DNA from: Azolla caroliniana
Taxonomy: Eukaryota; Plantae; Polypodiophyta
Direction: 5' to 3'
Length of the DNA: 64,000 nt
Assembly (NCBI GenBank): GCA_043228905.1
Contig: JBHGNT010000016.1
Span: forward strand, 9,796,001-9,860,000
The notes below the pieces were generated by a model, which was not told the DNA's origin, made no database searches, and saw nothing but the letters and a program-made list of their open reading frames with translations. The position numbers and the translations under genes were made by a program. Below are positions 9,471 to 20,802 of the stretch, piece after piece (positions within the stretch are counted from its first letter, which is position 1; every line of letters starts with the position of its first letter).

Positions 9471-12420
9471 ATAGAGTCTACTGCACCTATAGTTGGAGGG
9501 GAGAATGTGTTGTTCCGGGAAATCGTGAAGGTTGTGCCGGAGTATGGGTTCGTGCATCCATGGCCACTAGCAATGCAAAGAATAGAGCCAACTTCATGTT
9601 AGGAAACATGTCCCTCCGGATGGGAAATGAGAAGAACAGTACTGATGAGCAAACTCGGCTGAGGCCGAAATCGGATGTGGAAGACCCGGCTACAGAAGAC
9701 TCAGTGAGAACCGGATGACGAGTACCCGGCAAGAGCCGGATGGTGAAGACCCGGTGAGAACCGGATGAGGAGTACCCGGCTACGGAGGATCCGATGAGAA
9801 CAGGATGAGGAGTACTCGGCAAGAGCCGGATGGTGAAGACTGGTGAGAAGTGCTCACCGGATGAAGGGACATATCTGTAAATATGTTTCTGAGAGTCCAT
9901 CGGGGCTATATTTGTAAATAGCCGAAAAGTCATATTAGTATAAATATGACTTAGGGCAAACCCTTCTTAGAGTCGTTGTCATTCTTGTTGGTGCAAGACT
10001 AGAGAGTGCGTAACTATGTACAGAGAGAGAGAGAGAGGAAGAGGTCGTTGCCTCTGATTGTAACCGCCGCCTATGGCGAAGATAGCAAGCTCGAGGTCGT
10101 GGCCTCGGTGCTTTCTTATTGTACATTCTGACATAGGCATAGTTTGCGGTCTGTGCGCTACCGTGGTTTTTCCCGAGTTTGGGTTTTCCACGTAAACATC
10201 CTGTGTACTCTTCTCTCTATCGTGTTGTGCTTTCATTCCCTGTTTTCTGTGTTTTATTCTAGGCTCGGTTGTGGCCGAGCGTTGTTCATCGGGAGCGTGT
10301 AGTTCTTGTCACTTCATTATTGCAACCTTTGAAGGCTTGTGGGTGGATTGGCTACTCATAACATCAAAATTGGTCCGGACAACCATCGTAGCAGTAGCAG
10401 ACGGAAAGAAGGCTTGGACCGGGGTCGCTCAGTGGCTGATCATATTGGCACCACCACAACTGACAATAAAGCCAAAGAAGCTTCAAAAGACCACGGGCAC
10501 ACCAACGCAACACTACAAATGGCAACAATTATTGGCCCGAAATTCTACTAGATGGACTGGCGAAGAACCCCAAAGATCAGAAACACCTCCTATGTGGGGA
10601 GCAGTAACAAGACCCTCAAAGCCCGTTCGGATTATACTGAAGAGGAAAGATATGACAATAGAACAGACACCCAACAAAGCTCACCAAGATACTACCAATG
10701 TAGAAGAGCTTGTGGAAGAGGAACCTCTCCAAAGACGCAAAAGAATGTGTCACAACGAGCAACATGGGATGGATCGGGTCTAGAGTTGGACAGAACACCA
10801 ATTGTCAACCCCTCAGTGGTGGAGCCAAGGCCGGGGAAAGCGTACTGAAAGTATGACTAGAAGCGGTACCTACGGTTCATATAGAACTAGAGCCACAACA
10901 ACAACTACCGGGTCATACTACGCAGCAAACGAATGAGGTAGACAGCCATTTGGAGAACCTACAAGACCGACAAGAGAAATGCATGAAGAGCAGGCATTGT
11001 AGCGGTTACGGGAAGTAGGAGAAAATCATTTGGAACTGCCAAAGGTGGCACAAGAGTTTGCCGCAATCACCTAGTACAAAACCTACCAACAACTTATTGA
11101 ATGGCTTGGTCAATAGGTCATCAGGGCGACCACACGGATGGTAGCGGAGTGGATGGAATGGATAAGTCAGCCCACTCAGATAGAATGGACAACGACTATG
11201 GTTGGACAACTAGGGGAGGCCCAGAGTCGCGTTCAGGCATTGGAAGAAGAGTTGAAGAGGACAAAGGAACTAGGCCATACAGGCACATCTAGGCGAAGAC
11301 AACACAACAGAACTGGAACTAGTTTTACCGGACAAGACTTGAAGGGAAGAACCGGTGGCGGAAACGACACTACAGAAAGAAATAGAATGGGAGAAGGAGA
11401 TCAAAATTTTGAAAGATGAATTGGTCGCGCAAGAGGCAATGAAAGAAGAAGAAAAACAATTACGTAAACCAACCGAAGATGGAAAACGGAGAATGGAGGA
11501 GGAACTCCATCGAATGCAGAGCAACATGGACTGGCTAAAGGAAGAAAGGAACGTGTTGCAACAAGAAAAGGATAAGCTCTGAAGAATGGCGGAAACCGAA
11601 ATCGAACGGTTGAAGAGCTCCAGTAGTAGAAGGACCGGGACGATCGGTTAAGGAGAAAATGTAAGATATTGAGAAGTTGTACCAGGAGCAGAAGGATCTA
11701 GCGAAAGAATATGACCGGCAATGCAATAAACTAAAGGAAGCCCACATAGAAGTAAAAGAGAAAACGGGAGCCTTGGTGGTGCAAGAAAAAGTCCTTGAGG
11801 AGACGATGACCAAGTTGTTGGCAGATGCGGTGAAGGAACGATAAGAGCTGTTAATTGAGCAAACCTGGATAATAGAATGGTCGAAGGTTGTATTGGATAA
11901 AGTGTAGACAACCTAGCAAACCCAAATCATGAAATACGAGGTTCAAGCAATTGAACCAAGAAAAGCAGGCCACATAGCAGAAAGTGCAGATGGGGATTAA
12001 GAGAATCCGGACGATTGTTGAAGGCCGACGTGAATGGATGCATGCAATAATGGATGAATGTTCCGTGATTGTATGGGAGCAGTGGTCAAAGCAGGCAACT
12101 GAACTCAAATACTTCTTGCCAATGCAGAGAACCGATAGAAATCTAGGAGGACCAGGATAGCATGATAACAATCCAGGAGGAGTTGTCAGATGATTTCTAT
12201 GTTATGCCCTAGGTACAAATAGATGGAGGAATTTGAAGACGATACTGCAGGTAATGCTAGAGTTGGAAGCTTATGAGAGGGAGAAAAGGAGAAAAGCAAT
12301 TGAGTAAATGATAGAGCATATGACAAAGCAGATAAATATCAGTGATGAGGTGCAACAAGTGATTGCGATGGATACAACAATGGAACACCAGCTGGAGTCA
12401 CAGATGAATCAACCGGAGAC
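9470..12420 (+). pseudogene. Accessory 3' ORF, degenerate and split by solo LTR B
   Basis: GGENVLFREIVKV..EYG, then KNRANF|IIATFEGLWVDW once the LTR is removed. Coiled-coil segments at 11138-11860. Confidence 0.8.
9597..10311 (+). repeat. Solo LTR, family B, with TSD CTTCA
   Basis: TG...CA termini, CTTCA at 9592-9596 and 10312-10316, TATAAATA near 9939 and internal imperfect repeats at 9680-9865. Confidence 0.93.
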
Positions 12421-12433
12421 AACCCGAGTAGTG

Positions 12434-12876
12434 GCGTACAATATGTACGGAGTGTTGAGTGAGGGTGAAGATACCTAATGTTGTTGTATGTATGTGTAAT
12501 GTATATGATTAAGAGTGTGAATGTAAGTGTGACTGTGAGTGGATAGCTAAGAAGAGGTGTGAGTGAGTGATTAGTGTGAATGGCCAAGGGGGCTTGTACC
12601 CCTATGTCTCTACCCCTCTTGTAACTATTTAACCCCTTAGGGGAAATGAATGAAGAATGAACAAGTTATCTCTCTCTCTCTCTCACGTTGAACCCCTTGG
12701 GAGGGGGGTGGAGCCATTCTAGGCACCACCCCTACCCCCCAATGCTTATCAATCTCACCATCACATTGTTCATCATCACTGGCATCATCATTCCTAAACC
12801 TATTCCTAGCACCACCCCTACCCTAAACCCTAAACCCTAAACCATTATCATTAACCCTAACCCTAAACCTATAACA
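12434..12876 (+). repeat. LTR family C (5' end lost) with CCCTAAA repeats
   Basis: Aligns with 7510-7999. CCCTAAA and CCCTAA units at 12816-12870. Confidence 0.85.
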
Positions 12877-12882
12877 CTATTT

Positions 12883-12892
12883 TGGCACGCCC
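12883..12892 (+). promoter_or_regulatory. PBS TGGCACGCCC (tRNA-Arg type)
   Basis: Lies 6 nt after the LTR end. The same 10-mer follows LTR D at 43125-43134. Confidence 0.8.
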
Positions 12893-13980
12893 TATGGCTG
12901 ACCCCCCTTGAAGAAGAAGTCAAAGAAGGATGTGCACCGACAACATATGTGCAATAAAAGCGAGAAATGATGTTGACGATGTGCAAGACAATGATGACAA
13001 AGTGTAGGAAATGGTGGAAATGTATGAGTAATGACGACGACAGATGTGAGCGAGTGCAGGAAATGATGACACTGTGCAAGAGTGGGAGAATGGCAATGAC
13101 GTTTATACGAGTCTGTAGTTAGCAACAACATGTGTGTTCCAAAAAGCGTGGTGCAAGATGCAACATAAACACGTCTGGACGAACAACGACGGAGAAGGAA
13201 CCTGTGAAGAAACTCCAGATACAAGTAACACAGAGGGAATTGGTGCCAGCATGACCGGAAAGTGACGCCCACCACTATGGCAAAAGACCTGCCGTAGAAG
13301 AAATGGGTAGGAACAATAGAAGTGGAGCCACCCCATAGGAGAAGAAGGATAATACGTCTCTGGGAGAAAGCCAGTGACAAGCCGAGTCCAGGGGAGGACA
13401 AAACACCAACCGGCACAACAAAAGCAATGGTGGAATGGAGGCCGGTAGAAAGTGCTGAGAATGCACAGGAGATGGTTCTATCAGAAGCAACGCGGAGATA
13501 GACGGAACCAGAACGGTAAAAGAAAGCTAATAGGTTAACACAAAAGGGCCGAAGGATGGAGAATGAGACGCAAACCGACAGACATCGATGGCTAGAAAAA
13601 CGAGTAGCACCGAAAGAACACGATCGGACGGAGAAGGAGAAGACCAGAAACGAATCGGAAAGACACAACCGAACCAGAAAAGAAAAAAAAGAGAGACATG
13701 AGTGAACCGGAAAGACATAGACCAATAGGCCAGACGGATGGTCAGGCACGACAAAAAAACGGTCGGACAACTTGACAACACAGACACGGACAAACATGGC
13801 CAGACCAGACGGAGAAATGCGATAGAGACAATGGTTGTATGAAACAACGGCGGTTGGACAAGGCTGATAGAACCGGACAAAATGAGGAAAGAATGGAGAT
13901 ATGCTCCCAAAAACTCATTGAAATCGGTTGGATGGGTCAAATGGACCGAACGGATGGGTCGAATGGAAAAAACCCATTTG
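12893..13980 (+). mobile_element. Purine-rich internal region of a C/D-like non-autonomous element (truncated)
   Basis: Post-PBS CCCCCCTTGAAGA motif shared with 5534 and 43140. GA-rich composition like 5560-7100. Confidence 0.65.
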
Positions 13981-14159
13981 TACATGGTAAATGCAATAGC
14001 ATGTGTATCAATCCTTTAAGCATCTCACAAAGTGTGGCTTAAGAGACTCGAATGTTCGTAATTGAACTTTAAAATTTTGGATGCATTTGCTTGAACCTAA
14101 TAAATAAATCTACCTGCGTAATAAGAAGGGAGTCCAGTGAGTATTCTGATGCTATTTGA

Positions 14160-14299
14160 TTAGTGTGGTAGCTAATTATCTATGATAATATTCTGATGTA
14201 GCTAATTAGCTATTACTAGTAGCTAGTTAGTTGTTTCCAGTAGTTAGTTTGTTATGATCATATTTTGATATAGCTAATTAGCTGATAATAGCTAGTTAG
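14160..14299. repeat. Degenerate palindromic (TAGCTAATTAGC/TAGCTAGTTAG) array, left part
   Basis: Repeated motif. Continues at 19919-20464. Confidence 0.85.
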
Positions 14300-14731
14300 T
14301 GTCATGATATGGCAAGACTCGAACCCATGACCTTATGCTACATGGGTCGAGCTCTTGACCATTAGATTATACATTGTAATACGTAGAATATTATTTTCAT
14401 TTATGTTTTATTATAGAAAATTGATGTATATTCCAGATTTCTCTGGAACATTCTAGAAACTTCAGGCGTATTCCTTAGAACACTATAAAACGAGGCACAA
14501 GGCATTATTTCGAACCAAATCGGTTCAACGCCAGTCTTAAGCCTCCTAGTTACTGTACATTTTCTTCACATAATATATATCTTTTCTTATCATCACTCTC
14601 TCTCTCTCTCAATCTCTCTCTCCCTCGCTCTCACTCACTCTTTCCTTCTCTCGAGAGTTCTTCACCTCTCTTAGTACTAATACTTCTTTTAGTACTAAGT
14701 CCTTCTCTGTCTTAGTACTGTTCCTGATAGT

Positions 14732-14743
14732 TTGAACCGATTT
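14732..14743 (+). promoter_or_regulatory. Self-priming PBS
   Basis: TTGAACCGATTT is the reverse complement of AAATCGGTTCAA (14517-14528), which lies 27 nt downstream of TATAAAA (14484-14490). Confidence 0.9.
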
Positions 14744-14803
14744 TCCCTACCTTCTGTCTCTCTCATTTCCTACTAATCTCTTATTCCTCTTTTCTTTCAT
14801 CCC

Positions 14804-15923
14804 ATGGCCACTGTTAGTGTTGAAGAATATCAATCTGTTTTCTCGGAATTTCAATGCTTGAAAGAGAAGTTCCATGCTTTGGAACAAGAAAACCAACGGT
14901 TGCTGGGGGATCTTCAGCAAATCTCCTTAGAAAAGCAGCAAACGCAACAATAGCATGGGGAACTTGCGTTATGCGTGCAACAACTCGAAGCAACCATTGT
15001 AGCGATGCAACAACAAGGGCCCGGAACACAAGGGTTCCATAAAGAACCCAAGATTGTCCTTCCCACGAAGTTCGATGGAACGCGATCGCAGTTTAGAGGG
15101 TTCCTTAACCAGGTACAATTAGTTATTCAAATGCATCCTTCCCGGTATCCCACCGATGCATCACGAGTGGGTTTAGTAGGCACTTTGTTAAGTGGCTCAG
15201 CGTTGGCATGGTTCGCTCCACTTTTAGAAAAGGAATCTCCGTTACTCAACAATTTTGAAGAGTTTCTAGGTGAATTTAAAGCATGTTTCGGAGATACTGA
15301 TAGCATCAGGACTGCAATCAACAAAATTCGGCGATTACGCCAAGGTAACCGTCCAGCCTCCGCATACGCTGCAGATTTTTGCCTACTCGCCACCGATATC
15401 CCTTGGGATGATCAAGCGTTGATGGAGCAATTCCGTTATGGTTTACGCAACAATGTCAAGGATTTACTCTTGACCTTCCCCGAAGAGCCAAAGTCCTTAA
15501 CAGAAGCAATCAGTCGCGCGGTGAGATGTGACAACCGCCTCTTTGAGCTACGTTCAAAACGACAGCTACAGATGCTGAGGGCAAGATCAGAGCCCACCTA
15601 CGCCTCAATGGTAGCAAGACCTTTTCCGAGGGAGTCATATAATGTGCCTCCAGCGAATACTTCGACTCTGATGGAGATTGACACTACACGTCGTCGAGGG
15701 CCATTATTGACTATGTCTTTACTGCGATGGACCAGGACATATTGCAATAAATTGCCCCCATAGGCCAAGAAGACAGGTAAACCAAATAGTCATTAGTTCT
15801 AATTGTACTAAACCCGAGCCTATTTCAGTAGGGATATCTGATAGTCCTAATAGTACTAATAGCCCAGATCTAGCGAACAGATTTGATGTCCTTAGTCAGT
15901 TAGAAGAAGAGTTAAACGACTAA
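14804..15923 (+). pseudogene. gag: gag (retrotransposon gag domain plus CCHC knuckle), frameshifted
   Basis: EPKIVLPTKFDGTRSQFRGFL...LLSGSALAWF...LRQG...YAADF. The knuckle CLYCDGPGHIAINCP (about 15714-15758) lies in another frame. Confidence 0.9.
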
Positions 15924-15949
15924 GTCCAGCCAAAATAGGAGCCGTTTGG

Positions 15950-18900
15950 TTGGACAACCCTAGATCTGTGCAGCCCATTAGTGTTTCCATTCCCTCTAAG
16001 CAAGTTTGTGATGTGTTCGTAGCCCAAGTAATAGTTAGTACTAAAAGTACCCCTCCAGTACATGTCCTAGCACTCCTAGATTCCGGAGCTAACTCTTGCT
16101 TTATGGATAAGAAATTTGCTCAAGCTCATAAGATATCCCTAAGAAAACTCCAGTGTCCAGCCTCTGTAGTAGTCATTGATGGACGTCCCATTGCTTCCGG
16201 AAATATCATAGAAGAGTCAGAGCCCATTAATATTGTCCTAGATAACTTAGCATGTGTAGTATCATTTAATATTATTAGTATCCCAGAACATCCCATAGTT
16301 TTAGGATTACCGTGGTTCGAGTTACATAACCCAGACATAGATTGGAGAACAAGAGAAATCCAGTGTCGACAAACCCAAGGGTCAACTCAAAAGATGGCAA
16401 CCATCTCGCTACGTCAGTTGCGTAAAGAAGGGCACAAGGAGGAAATGTTCCTCTTTGCAATATCAGTAAACCCCTCCAGCACCACTAAAGAAGAATCCAC
16501 CGTTCAACTTCCCGAGAAGTATCGTCATTACGCCGATGTGTTCGATAAAGTACAAGCCAACACACTTCCGCATCATCGACCGTACGATTGCCCCATCGAT
16601 TTACAACCGGGAAAAGAGCCGCCATGGGGACCGATCTACAATTTGTCACCAACCGAGCTGGAAGTCCTTCGGGCCTATATAGAGGAGAATTTGGAAAATG
16701 GTTTCATCCGGCATTCGAAATCTCCAGCGGGCGCGCCCATTTTCTTCGTCAAGAAAAAGGATGGATCACTTCGTCTCGTTGTAGATTACCGTGGCCTGAA
16801 TAAGATTACAATCAGGAATAGGTATGCTCTTCCCCTTATCTCAAGTCTTTTAGAACGGATCAATGGTGCCAGGTTCATCACGAAGATTGACTTACGAGGA
16901 GCATATAACCTCGTACGGATCCGACCAGGAGACGAATGGAAGACCGCGTTTCGCACCAGATATGGGCACTTCGAGTATACGGTCATGCCGTTCGGCCTCA
17001 CTAATGCATCGACAGTCTTCCAGCACATGGCTAATGATATATTCCGAGATCTATTGGATGATTGTTTGATCATCTATTTGGATGATCTACTGGTTTATTC
17101 AAAGACCCAAGAAGAACATGATTCTCATATACTATTAGTACTAAAACGACTTCGAGAACATGGTCTGTATGCAAAGCTGGAAAAATGTAGTTTCGGATGC
17201 AACCAAGTGGAATTTCTCGGCTACATCATTTCGTCAAAAGGCATCTCCATGGACCCAGCTAAGGTCAAAACGGTGGTAGAATGGCAGACTCTGCGTTTGG
17301 TGCGGGATGTGCAATGCTTCCTAGGCTTTGCCAATTTTTACCGGAAGTTCATACAAGATTACTCAAAGATCGTTCTACCTCTCACACAACTTACTAGGAA
17401 GGGACAACCGTTCATTTGGTCTGAAGAAACGGATGTGGCTTTCGAGAGTCTTAAAAAGGCATTTACCTCGGCTCCAATTCTAGCTCATGTCGATCCGGAA
17501 AAACCATTCATTATCCAAGCTGACGCATCGGATTTTGCATTGGGGAGCATTCTGTCACAATAGGAGAATGATGAGAAGCTACATCCTGTGGCTTTTCACT
17601 CACGCAAGTTTGACGCCGCCGAAATCAACTACGAAATTCATGATAAGGAGCTATTGGCAATAGTGGATTCTTTTATGCAATGGAGGCATTTTCTGGAGGG
17701 ATCCTCTCATCCGGTCACCGTATTTAGTGACCACAAGAACCTTGCCTACTTTCAGGATGCTCGTGTGTTGAATCAACGTCAAGCTCGGTGGGCCCACTTC
17801 CTCACGCGTTTCGACTTCAAAATTACATATCATCCGGGGAAGCACCAAGGGAAGGCAGATGCATTATCACGGCGTTCGTATCTAGCACCCCGTCCCGGCG
17901 AGCCAGCTTTCGATAACCAAAAACAAGTCATCTTAGGACCGGCACGACTACAAGCAACACAGATCTTTGACATGCCCATGGATTCCCGCGTTATCGATAC
18001 CATACGCGAAGACTTGAAGACAGATGCGTTCGCCCAAGCTATACTAGCACAAATTGATCCCTCTCGAGCGTCGTGTTCACAGTCGCAACCACCAGGTACG
18101 GACTATCGACAATTCAAATACCATGATGGATTACTCTTCTTTAAAGAACTTTTGTATGTTCCTAATGGTTCTTGCCGCCTTCAAGTAGTACAAAACTGTC
18201 ATGACACATATATAGCTGGGCATTTTGGTAGTACTAAAACACTACATATAGTACAACGATCATTCTGGTGGCCTATATGCGACAATTTGTCGAGGATTTT
18301 GTTCGGACTTGTGATACATGCTGCAAAGTGAAAATGCCAAGGCATCATCCATATGGTTTATTAGAACCATTACCAATTCCAAGCAAGTCCTGGCAGTCCA
18401 TTGCTCTAGACTTCATCACAGATCTTCCAGTCTCTAAGGGGTTCAATGTGATTCTAATGGTGGTCGATCGATATATGAAGGTGGCTCATTTCTTGCCATG
18501 TACTAAGGAGATCTCCAGTGAAGACACTGCCGAAATTGTCATGCGTGAAGTATGTCGGCATCATGGACTTCCCGATAGTATCATCAGCGACCGTGGACCC
18601 CAGTTCGTGTCAAAATTCTGGAAGCATCTTTTTAACATGCTCAAGGTCAGTTGTAACCTCTCCACCGGCTACCACCCACAAACCGACGGCCAAGCCGAAC
18701 GAACCAATCAAACGTTGGAGCAGTATCTGCGGTGCTTTCTCAGCTATCATCAGGATGACTGGGCAGATATTCTCCAATTCGCCGAATTTGCCTATAACAA
18801 CTCTATCCACGCATCCACGAAAGTTATGCCATTTTATGCTTATACGGGATGTCACCCCCGGTGGTGTGTACTTGAAACCCCAGAGGTGTCCACAAATCCT

Positions 18901-19497
18901 TGCACAGAGGATCGTTTGGAGAGGTTACGCAAGATACAAGCGGATTTGTCTACTCATCTCCAACAAGCTCAACAAACACACAAGGTTTATGCGGATCGTC
19001 ATCGACTCCCATCTAGTTTTAACATTGGAGATCAGGTATGGCTACTCCGACGACACATCAAGACTACTCGCCCATGCAAGAAGTTGGATTATCGGCGATT
19101 AGCTCCTTTCCGTATTATAGGAAAGATTAATGATGTCGCTTTTCGTCTTGATCTACCTCCACAACTTCGGATACATCCAGTGTTTCATAGTTCTCTCCTC
19201 GAACCCTATCAAGAGAGCACCATCCCAGGCCGTATTACACAGCCTCCACCCCTGATTGAGCTTGAAGATGGAGAGGTTTCCGCCATCCTTGATTCCAAGT
19301 TTGTTTGCAACAAGCTCTACTATCTAGTCGATTGGCTAGGATATAGTTCCAACGAGCGTACTTGGGAACCGATAGAGAATGTCACCAATGCGCGTGCTCT
19401 TCTTGAAGACTTCCATCGTCAATATCCAGACAAACCGGGTCCTCAATCCAAAACGACTCGTTACACTCGTTTTTTTAAAGGGGGGATAGTGTCATGA
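15950..19497 (+). pseudogene. pol: pol: protease, RT, RNase H, integrase, chromodomain (one stop, one frameshift)
   Basis: ALLDSGA; KIDLRGAY; YLDDLL; DASDFALG; TAG at 17561-17563; YEIHDKELLAIV; SDRGPQF; GQAERTN; YLVDWLGY...TWEP. Confidence 0.97.
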
Positions 19498-19918
19498 TAT
19501 GGCAAAACTCGAACCCATGACCTTATGCTACATGGGTCGAGCTCTTGACCATTAGATTATACATTGTAATACATAAAATATTATTTTCATTTATGTTTTA
19601 TTATAGAAAATTGATGTATATTCCAAATTTCTCTGGAACATTCTAGAAACTTCAGGAGTATTCCTTAGAACACTATAAAACGAGGCACAAGGCATTATTT
19701 CGAACCAAATGGTTCAACGCCAGTCTTAAGCCTCCTAGTTACTGTACATTTTCTTCACATAATATATATCGTTTCTTATCATCACTCTCTCTCTCTCTCG
19801 ATCTCTCTCTCCCTCCCTCTCACTCACTCTTTCCTTCTCTCGAGAGTTCTTCACCCCTCTTAGTACTAATACTTCTTTTAGTACTAAGTCCTTCTCTGTC
19901 TTAGTATTGTTCCTAACA

Positions 19919-20464
19919 GTTAGCTATTACTAGTAGTTAGTTAGCTATTGTCAGTAGCTAATTAGCTATTGCCAATCGCTAGTTAGCTATTACCATTAGC
20001 TATTGTCAGTAGCTAGTTAGCTATGATCATATTTTGATGTAACTAATTAGCTATAGTACTATACTTTTTGTCAGCTAATTAGCTACTGCCAAGTTGTTTT
20101 AGCTAATTAGCTATTGTCAATAACTAGTTCGTTGTTTCCAATAGCTAGTTAGTTTATGATCATATTCTAATGTAACAATAGCTAGTTAGTTGTAATCATA
20201 TTTTGATGTGGCTAATTAGCTTAGAAGTAGCTAATTAGCAAAGCAGAGCTTTCTATCAACTAATTAGCTACTGCCAAGTTGTTTTTAGCTAATTAGCTAT
20301 TGTCAATAGCTAGTTAGTTGTTTCCAGTTGTTAGTTAGCTTATATGATCATATTCTTATGTAATAATAGCTAGTTAGCTTATATGATCATATTCTGATGT
20401 AATAATAGCTAGCAAAGCTTAGGGGCTAGTTAACTATGATCATATTCTGATGTAGCTAATTAGC
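19919..20464. repeat. Degenerate palindromic AGCTAATTAGCT array, right part
   Basis: Many TAGCTAATTAGC, TAGCTAGTTAG and ATGATCATATT units. Confidence 0.9.
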
Positions 20465-20767
20465 TGTCATGATATGACAAGATTCGAACCCATAACCTTA
20501 TGTTACGTGGGTCGAGCCCTTACCATTAGACTATATATTGTAATACAAAGGATATTATTTTCCTTTATTATTTCACAATAGAAAATTCATGTATATTTCT
20601 AGATTTCTCTGGAACATTCTAGAAACTTCAGGAGTACTCCTAAAAACACTATAAAAGGAGGCACAAGGCATTATTAAGAACCAAATTGGTCCAACGCCAG
20701 TCTTAAGTGGCATAGTTATTCTTGTACTTACTCTTCATATAATATAATATATTTTTTGTTATCATCA

Positions 20768-20798
<31 letters not shown>
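20465..20798 (+). repeat. Diverged family F LTR, truncated at its (CT)n tract
   Basis: TGTCATGATATGACAAGATTCGAACCC start. Aligns with 14300-14610. Confidence 0.9.

Positions 20799-20802
<4 letters not shown>

Larger units (their letters stand above)
14300..19918 (+). mobile_element. Full-length Ty3/gypsy chromovirus (Tcn1/Tf1-sushi-like), family F
   Basis: LTRs at 14300-14729 and 19490-19918 with few differences. TSD GTTAG at 14295-14299 and 19919-19923. PPT AAAGGGGGGATAG at 19477-19489. Order gag-PR-RT-RH-INT-chromodomain. Confidence 0.97.

Noticed and set aside
9642-9672. Hammerhead-like CTGATGAG...CGAAA in LTR B (retrozyme?)
   Set aside because: Stem II does not pair beyond one G-C. No stem I or valid NUH site can be built, and the motif is absent from the other B copy.
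15905-15930. Programmed -1 frameshift site between gag and pol
   Set aside because: GTTAAAC is at the expected position but is not a canonical X XXY YYZ heptamer, and the copy is mutated.
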